Assembly (NCBI RefSeq): GCF_051953575.1
Contig: NZ_JBQCIP010000061.1
Coordinates: forward strand, 2,808 to 66,807
Direction of reading: 5' to 3'
Length of the DNA: 64,000 bases
Origin: Microbacterium sp.
Lineage (GTDB): Bacteria; Actinomycetota; Actinomycetes; Actinomycetales; Microbacteriaceae
Below, one piece after another: positions 58,990 through 64,000 of this stretch. How positions within the stretch are numbered: the stretch's first letter is position 1; the number at the start of each line of letters is the position of its first letter. The translations under genes and the position numbers were made by a program. The notes under the pieces are model-generated. The model saw only the letters and a program-made list of their open reading frames with translations, did not search any database and had not been told where the DNA came from.

Positions 58990-59824
58990 TCACGACGTGC
59001 GGATCGTCGAGGTGTTGAGCCAGCGCTTCGGCTTCCAGCCGCGCCTGGGCACCGACTCGATGAGGCGACGCGTGTACGCCTCCTGCGGATCGCCGAGCAC
59101 CTGCGCGACGGGCCCCGCCTCGACGATCCTTCCGCCGCGCATGACCACGACGTCGTCGCACACCTGCTGGACCACGGCCAGATCGTGGGAGATGAACAGC
59201 AGCGCCACCCCTGTCGTCCGCCGGATCTCCTGGAGGAGTTCGAGCACCTGCGCCTGCACCGACACGTCGAGCGCCGAGACCGCTTCGTCCAGCAGCAGCA
59301 GTCGCGGTCGAGCGGCGAGCGCGCGGGCGATCGCGACGCGCTGACGCTGTCCGCCCGACAGGGCACGGGGGCGCGAACCGAGCATCTCGAGCGGCAGACG
59401 CACCTGGTCGAGCAGCTCCCGGCTGCGCTCGGCACGACCGACACGGTCGAGATCGGTGTGCAGCCGCAGCGCCTCATCCAGGCACGCCGCCACACTCTGA
59501 CGGCGGTTGAGTGACTGGTACGGATCCTGGAACACCATCTGCACGACGCCGCCGCGCCGACGCCGGTCGCGTGTGCCGACGCGGCCCTTCAGCTTCCACG
59601 TCTCGCCATCGACGCGGACGGTGCCGCTCGTGATGGTCTCGAGACCGACGATCATGCGCACGGTCGTCGACTTGCCGGAGCCGGATTCGCCGAGCACGCC
59701 CAGCGATCCGCCGTGTCGGAGGGCGAACGACACGTCCTCCACCGCGGTGAACAGCTCGCGGCCCGGTCTGTCGGTCCGCTTGACCGTGAAGCGCTTGACG
59801 AGGTTCTCCACCTCGAGGATGTAC

Positions 59825-59835
<11 letters not shown>
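58990..59835 (-). CDS. peptide ABC transporter ATP-binding protein (DppF/OppF-type)
   Basis: Walker A GESGSGKST, signature LSGGQRQRV, and an oligopeptide-type C-terminal extension. Confidence 0.9.
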
Positions 59836-60642
<807 letters not shown>

Positions 60643-60646
<4 letters not shown>

Positions 60647-61500
60647 CGTTCTCCGATCTCGTACTTCTGCGAGAGGGCGTCGCCGATCACGTTCATGGCG
60701 AGCACCGTGATCAGCACCAGGACGGAGGCGATGACAGCCTGCTGCGGGTGTCCGGCGAGGATCCCGTTCTGCCCCTGCGCGATGAGCAGACCCCAGTCGG
60801 CGGCCGGCGGGCGCTGCCCCAGACCGAGATAGGAGATCGCACTGAGGTCCAGGAGCGCGTAGCTGAAGGCGACGGCGCTCTGCACCGCGAGCACCGGGAG
60901 CAGGTTCGGAAGGATGTGGCGCACCGCGATGACTGTGCGGCTCTGCCCCTGCACGACGAGCGCGGAGATGTACGGAAGGCTGCGCTCGCGGATGGCGTTG
61001 GCCCGGAGGATGCGGCCGAACACCGGGAGGAAGGCGATGGACAGGGCGATCACCGGCGCCACGAAGCCGCCGCCGAACATGGCCGCCGCGAGGATCGCCA
61101 GCACCAGTCCGGGGAAGGCGAAGAGGATGTCGAAGCCGCGCGAGATGACCGTGTCGGTGAGGCTGCCGAACCACGCCGCGATCAGCGCGAACAGCAGTCC
61201 CAGCGCCGCCGAGAAGAGCACCACCAGGAACGGTCCCATGATGGTCGAGGGCACGGCGGCGAGCACCCGCGAGAAGATGTCGCGACCGGTCTCGTCCGTC
61301 CCGAACAGATGCTGGGCCGACGGCGGCGCGTAGATGTTGGCGAGGTCGATCGCCGTGGGGTCGTAGGGGGCGACGAGCGGACCGAGGAAGACCAGCACGA
61401 CCAGCAGACCCATCCAGCCGATCGACGCGAGGATCGCCCAGCGCGCGCGGTGGGTGCTCGCGCCGCCGGCCGCCACCACAGGTGCTGCCACTGCCGTCAT
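60643..61500 (-). CDS. peptide ABC transporter permease (DppC-type)
   Basis: ORF trimmed to MTAVAAPVVAAGG.... Contains HLFGTDETGRDIFSRV and a BPD_transp_1 core. Confidence 0.88.
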
Positions 61501-62450
61501 CAGAGGACCTCGTTCCGGGCGATGCGGGGATCGATGATCGCGTTGACGACATCGACGATCATGTTGACCACGACGAAGGCCGTGACCAGGAACAGACACA
61601 GCACCTGGACGACGGGCAGATCCTGGCGGGACGCGGCCTCGACCAGGAGCGAGCCGATCCCGCTCAGGCCGAACGCCTGCTCGGCGACCGCCGTACTGGC
61701 GAAGAGGCCCGCGACGGTGATGCCGACCACGGCGAAGATCTGCGCGGAGGCGTTGCGCAGCACGTGATGCGGGATGTAGTCGCCGGGACGGAGCCCTCGC
61801 GCACGCGCGGTGTCGACATGCTCCGAGTACATCTCGCCGCGGACCGCGCTGCGGGTGATGCGCGAGACGAAGGCCAGGTAGGCGCAGCACATGGCGATGG
61901 CGGGCAGTGTCAGATGGTAGAGCTGGTCCCAGAAGTTGTCGCCGTTGCCGTACACGGGGAACCACGACAGATACAGCGAGAACACGGTGATCAGGATGAT
62001 CGCGACGACGAACGTCGGGGCTCCCATGAGGACGGACGTGGTCACGGTCACCGTGCGGTCGACTCCCCGCCGCGACAGGGCGGCGAGGATCCCGCTGCCG
62101 ATGCCGATCACCACGATGATCAGCGAGGCGTAGGCGACGAGCATGAGCGTCGTTTCGATGCGCGGCCCGATGAGCTGCTCGATGTCGGTGCGGTAGATGT
62201 ACGAGCTCCCCAGATCTCCCGAGAGCATGCCTCCGAGCCATCGGAAGTACTGGACCAGTAGCGGGTCGTCCAGGCCGTACTGCTCACGGATCGCCGCGAT
62301 GGTCTGAGGATCGGCATCCTTGCCCCCGAGCAGCGACGCAGGATCGCCGGGAGCGAGGTACAGCGCCGAGAAGATCACGAAGCTTGCGACGAGGAGTGTC
62401 AGCAGCAGCGCCGAGATCTTGCGGGCCAGGAACCACAGGACGGTGATCAC
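61500..62450 (-). CDS. peptide ABC transporter permease (DppB-type)
   Basis: 316 aa with GDPASLLGGKDADPQTIAAIREQYGLDDP and a conserved permease core. GTG start. Confidence 0.88.
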   Translation of the reverse strand: MITVLWFLARKISALLLTLLVASFVIFSALYLAPGDPASLLGGKDADPQTIAAIREQYGLDDPLLVQYFRWLGGMLSGDLGSSYIYRTDIEQLIGPRIETTLMLVAYASLIIVVIGIGSGILAALSRRGVDRTVTVTTSVLMGAPTFVVAIILITVFSLYLSWFPVYGNGDNFWDQLYHLTLPAIAMCCAYLAFVSRITRSAVRGEMYSEHVDTARARGLRPGDYIPHHVLRNASAQIFAVVGITVAGLFASTAVAEQAFGLSGIGSLLVEAASRQDLPVVQVLCLFLVTAFVVVNMIVDVVNAIIDPRIARNEVL

Positions 62451-62551
62451 GACGCCGCCGAAGGGTCGTCGACGACGCCCCGCAGCGGGGGCAGGACGTG
62501 GGAGCGGGTCACGGTGGGTCCTCCGGATCGATGCGCTATGCCGACGGTGAC

Positions 62552-62588
62552 GATGGCGGAGCGACGCCGGGTGCGCCGCTCCGCCATC
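62552..62588 (-). terminator. strong intercistronic hairpin between the peptide SBP gene and the permease genes
   Basis: gatggcggagcg-N13-cgctccgccatc, a perfect 12-bp stem, 10 nt downstream of the SBP stop on the minus strand. Confidence 0.55.
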
Positions 62589-62597
62589 GCGTGAGCG

Positions 62598-64000
62598 TTA
62601 CTTGCCGCCCAGGTCGATCGCCCAGGGGGAGGTGATGTGACTGAAGGATGTCACGACGCCGGTGAGCTCGTCGCTCAGGAACGTCCGGGTGTACTCCGAG
62701 CCGAAGACGATCATCACCCGATCGGGCCCGTAGATGGCCTGAGCCTTCACGAAGGCCTCGGCCGACTCTGCCGGATCGGTCGCCGTGGCGGCCGTGGCCA
62801 TGTACTCGGTCACCTGAGGGTTGTCGTAGCCGGTCCAGTTGAACAGACCGTCGGGGAGGACGAAGAACTGCGGGTACTGCAGGATCGCAGGGGTGTCGCT
62901 GAAGCCGGTGGTCAAGACGAAGTCCAGTCCATCGCGTCCAGCCGGATCGTAGAAGATGGCCCCGAACTCGGCAGGCTGCAGCTGCTTGATCTCGATCTTC
63001 AGGCCGATCTGCTCGCCGGTGGCCTGCACGATCGTCGCCAGCGTGAGCGCCGTCTGGTCACCCGCGGTGATGCCGAGCACGAGCTCGGCGCCCGTCGCCC
63101 CGGCCTCGTCGATGAGCGCCTTGGCCTCTTCGATCTGCCCGCCGGAGTTGTCGGGGAGCGCGTCGTAGCCTTCGCGGTAGATGTCCGCCTGGTCGGAGCC
63201 CTCCCAGAGGAACGGCGGGACGAACGTCTTGATCGGCTGGCCGAGGCCGTTGAGTGCGGCATCCAGCGCCGCCTGCTTGTCGATCGCGATGTCGAGCGCC
63301 GTGCGCACCCGCGGATCCGCCGCGGGTCCTTCGGTGGTCGCTCCCGCGAAGGTCGTGAAGGCGCTGCTCGGGCCGGCGTAGAACGTGCCCTGGTCGGAGT
63401 TCAGGAACTTGTCGAGGCTCGCCGTGGGAACGGAGAACGCCCCGTCGATCTCGCCCGACAGCAGAGCCGACGTCAGAGTGGTGTCGCTGTCGAGGAAGTC
63501 GAACTCCAGCTCCTTCACGAGCGGCGTCTTCCTCCAGTGCGACGCGTTCGCCGTGACGGTGATCGAGTCGCCAGGCACCCACTCGTCGAACTGGAAGGGA
63601 CCGGTGCACATGATGCCGCCGCTGGAGGTGCCGCTGTCGTCGGCGGCCGCTTCGGTGAACGCCTTCTGCACGATGTAGCCGGCCGGACCGGCGAGGGCGT
63701 TGCGCAGCTCGGCATCGGGCTGGGTGAGGGTCACCGTCACCTGGTGAACGCCGGTCTCGGCCACATCGGCGACGCTCGAGAACGAGCTCGCGTTAACCGA
63801 ACCGGTGTCGGGATCCGCAGCGCGCTGCAGGCTGTAGACCACGTCGGCGGGCGTGAGAGGCGAGCCGTCCCAGAACGTCACGTCGTCGCGCAGATCGATG
63901 ACGAGCGTCGTCGGGTCGGCCCACTCCACGTCGGTGGCGAGGTTGGGCTCGATTCCGAAGGACGGATCGGTGAGAAGCAGGGTCTCGCACATGTTGGCGA
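62598..64000 (-). CDS. peptide/nickel ABC transporter substrate-binding protein (family 5); the N-terminus lies beyond the right edge
   Basis: ORF 62598..63992 has SBP_bac_5 features (WDGSPLTPADVVYSL, WRKTPLVKELEF). The frame stays open to the window end. Confidence 0.85.
   Translation of the reverse strand, partial: ANMCETLLLTDPSFGIEPNLATDVEWADPTTLVIDLRDDVTFWDGSPLTPADVVYSLQRAADPDTGSVNASSFSSVADVAETGVHQVTVTLTQPDAELRNALAGPAGYIVQKAFTEAAADDSGTSSGGIMCTGPFQFDEWVPGDSITVTANASHWRKTPLVKELEFDFLDSDTTLTSALLSGEIDGAFSVPTASLDKFLNSDQGTFYAGPSSAFTTFAGATTEGPAADPRVRTALDIAIDKQAALDAALNGLGQPIKTFVPPFLWEGSDQADIYREGYDALPDNSGGQIEEAKALIDEAGATGAELVLGITAGDQTALTLATIVQATGEQIGLKIEIKQLQPAEFGAIFYDPAGRDGLDFVLTTGFSDTPAILQYPQFFVLPDGLFNWTGYDNPQVTEYMATAATATDPAESAEAFVKAQAIYGPDRVMIVFGSEYTRTFLSDELTGVVTSFSHITSPWAIDLGGK

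Overview
This is a high-GC actinobacterial chromosomal segment; the taxon cannot be proven from the sequence alone. It has four parts.

(1) 1-10.2 kb is conserved core, almost all on the minus strand. It holds a PH-domain membrane protein pair, DUF3180, folK-folB-folP-folE, ftsH, hpt, tilS, ppa (plus strand) and a secreted M23 peptidase. The peptidase leader resembles a ydaO-type c-di-AMP riboswitch.

(2) A tRNA-Glu/Asp/Phe cluster at 10.44-10.75 kb is followed directly by a tyrosine integrase. After it comes about 26 kb of mosaic accessory DNA:
- an amidohydrolase, a PHB-depolymerase-like esterase and a quinone oxidoreductase;
- a scar where two truncated genes meet;
- a LacI-controlled sugar ABC transporter with an amylo-1,6-glucosidase-like gene;
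- a beheaded Lrp gene;
- an IclR gene beside a 10-gene Rieske-dioxygenase/meta-cleavage operon that has no ring-cleavage dioxygenase.

(3) 36.2-37.2 kb is a junkyard of gene remnants. It is followed by an 11.7 kb minus-strand operon (37.2-48.9 kb) for an 'anchored-repeat' cluster-9 metal ABC transporter. One His-bearing extracellular module appears there in four protein contexts: a small secreted protein, a 1742-aa wall-sorted giant, a TM-anchored protein, and an insertion inside the substrate-binding protein. Upstream lie a Zur-like palindrome, an 820-bp ORF-poor structured region and a 51-aa His-rich mini-protein gene. This is the most interesting system in the window. Its family is defined only computationally, as far as I know, and its function is unknown.

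(4) 50-64 kb holds an intact XRE-cupin regulator, an extradiol dioxygenase and an acyl-CoA ligase. A decayed copy of the first two flanks the metal locus at 36.2 kb. Then come TetR, two CocE/NonD hydrolase paralogs around an FAD oxidoreductase, and a Dpp/Opp-type peptide ABC transporter that runs off the right edge.

No CRISPR array, rRNA gene or intact IS element was seen. Many long ORFs in the track are GC-driven antisense shadows and were not called.
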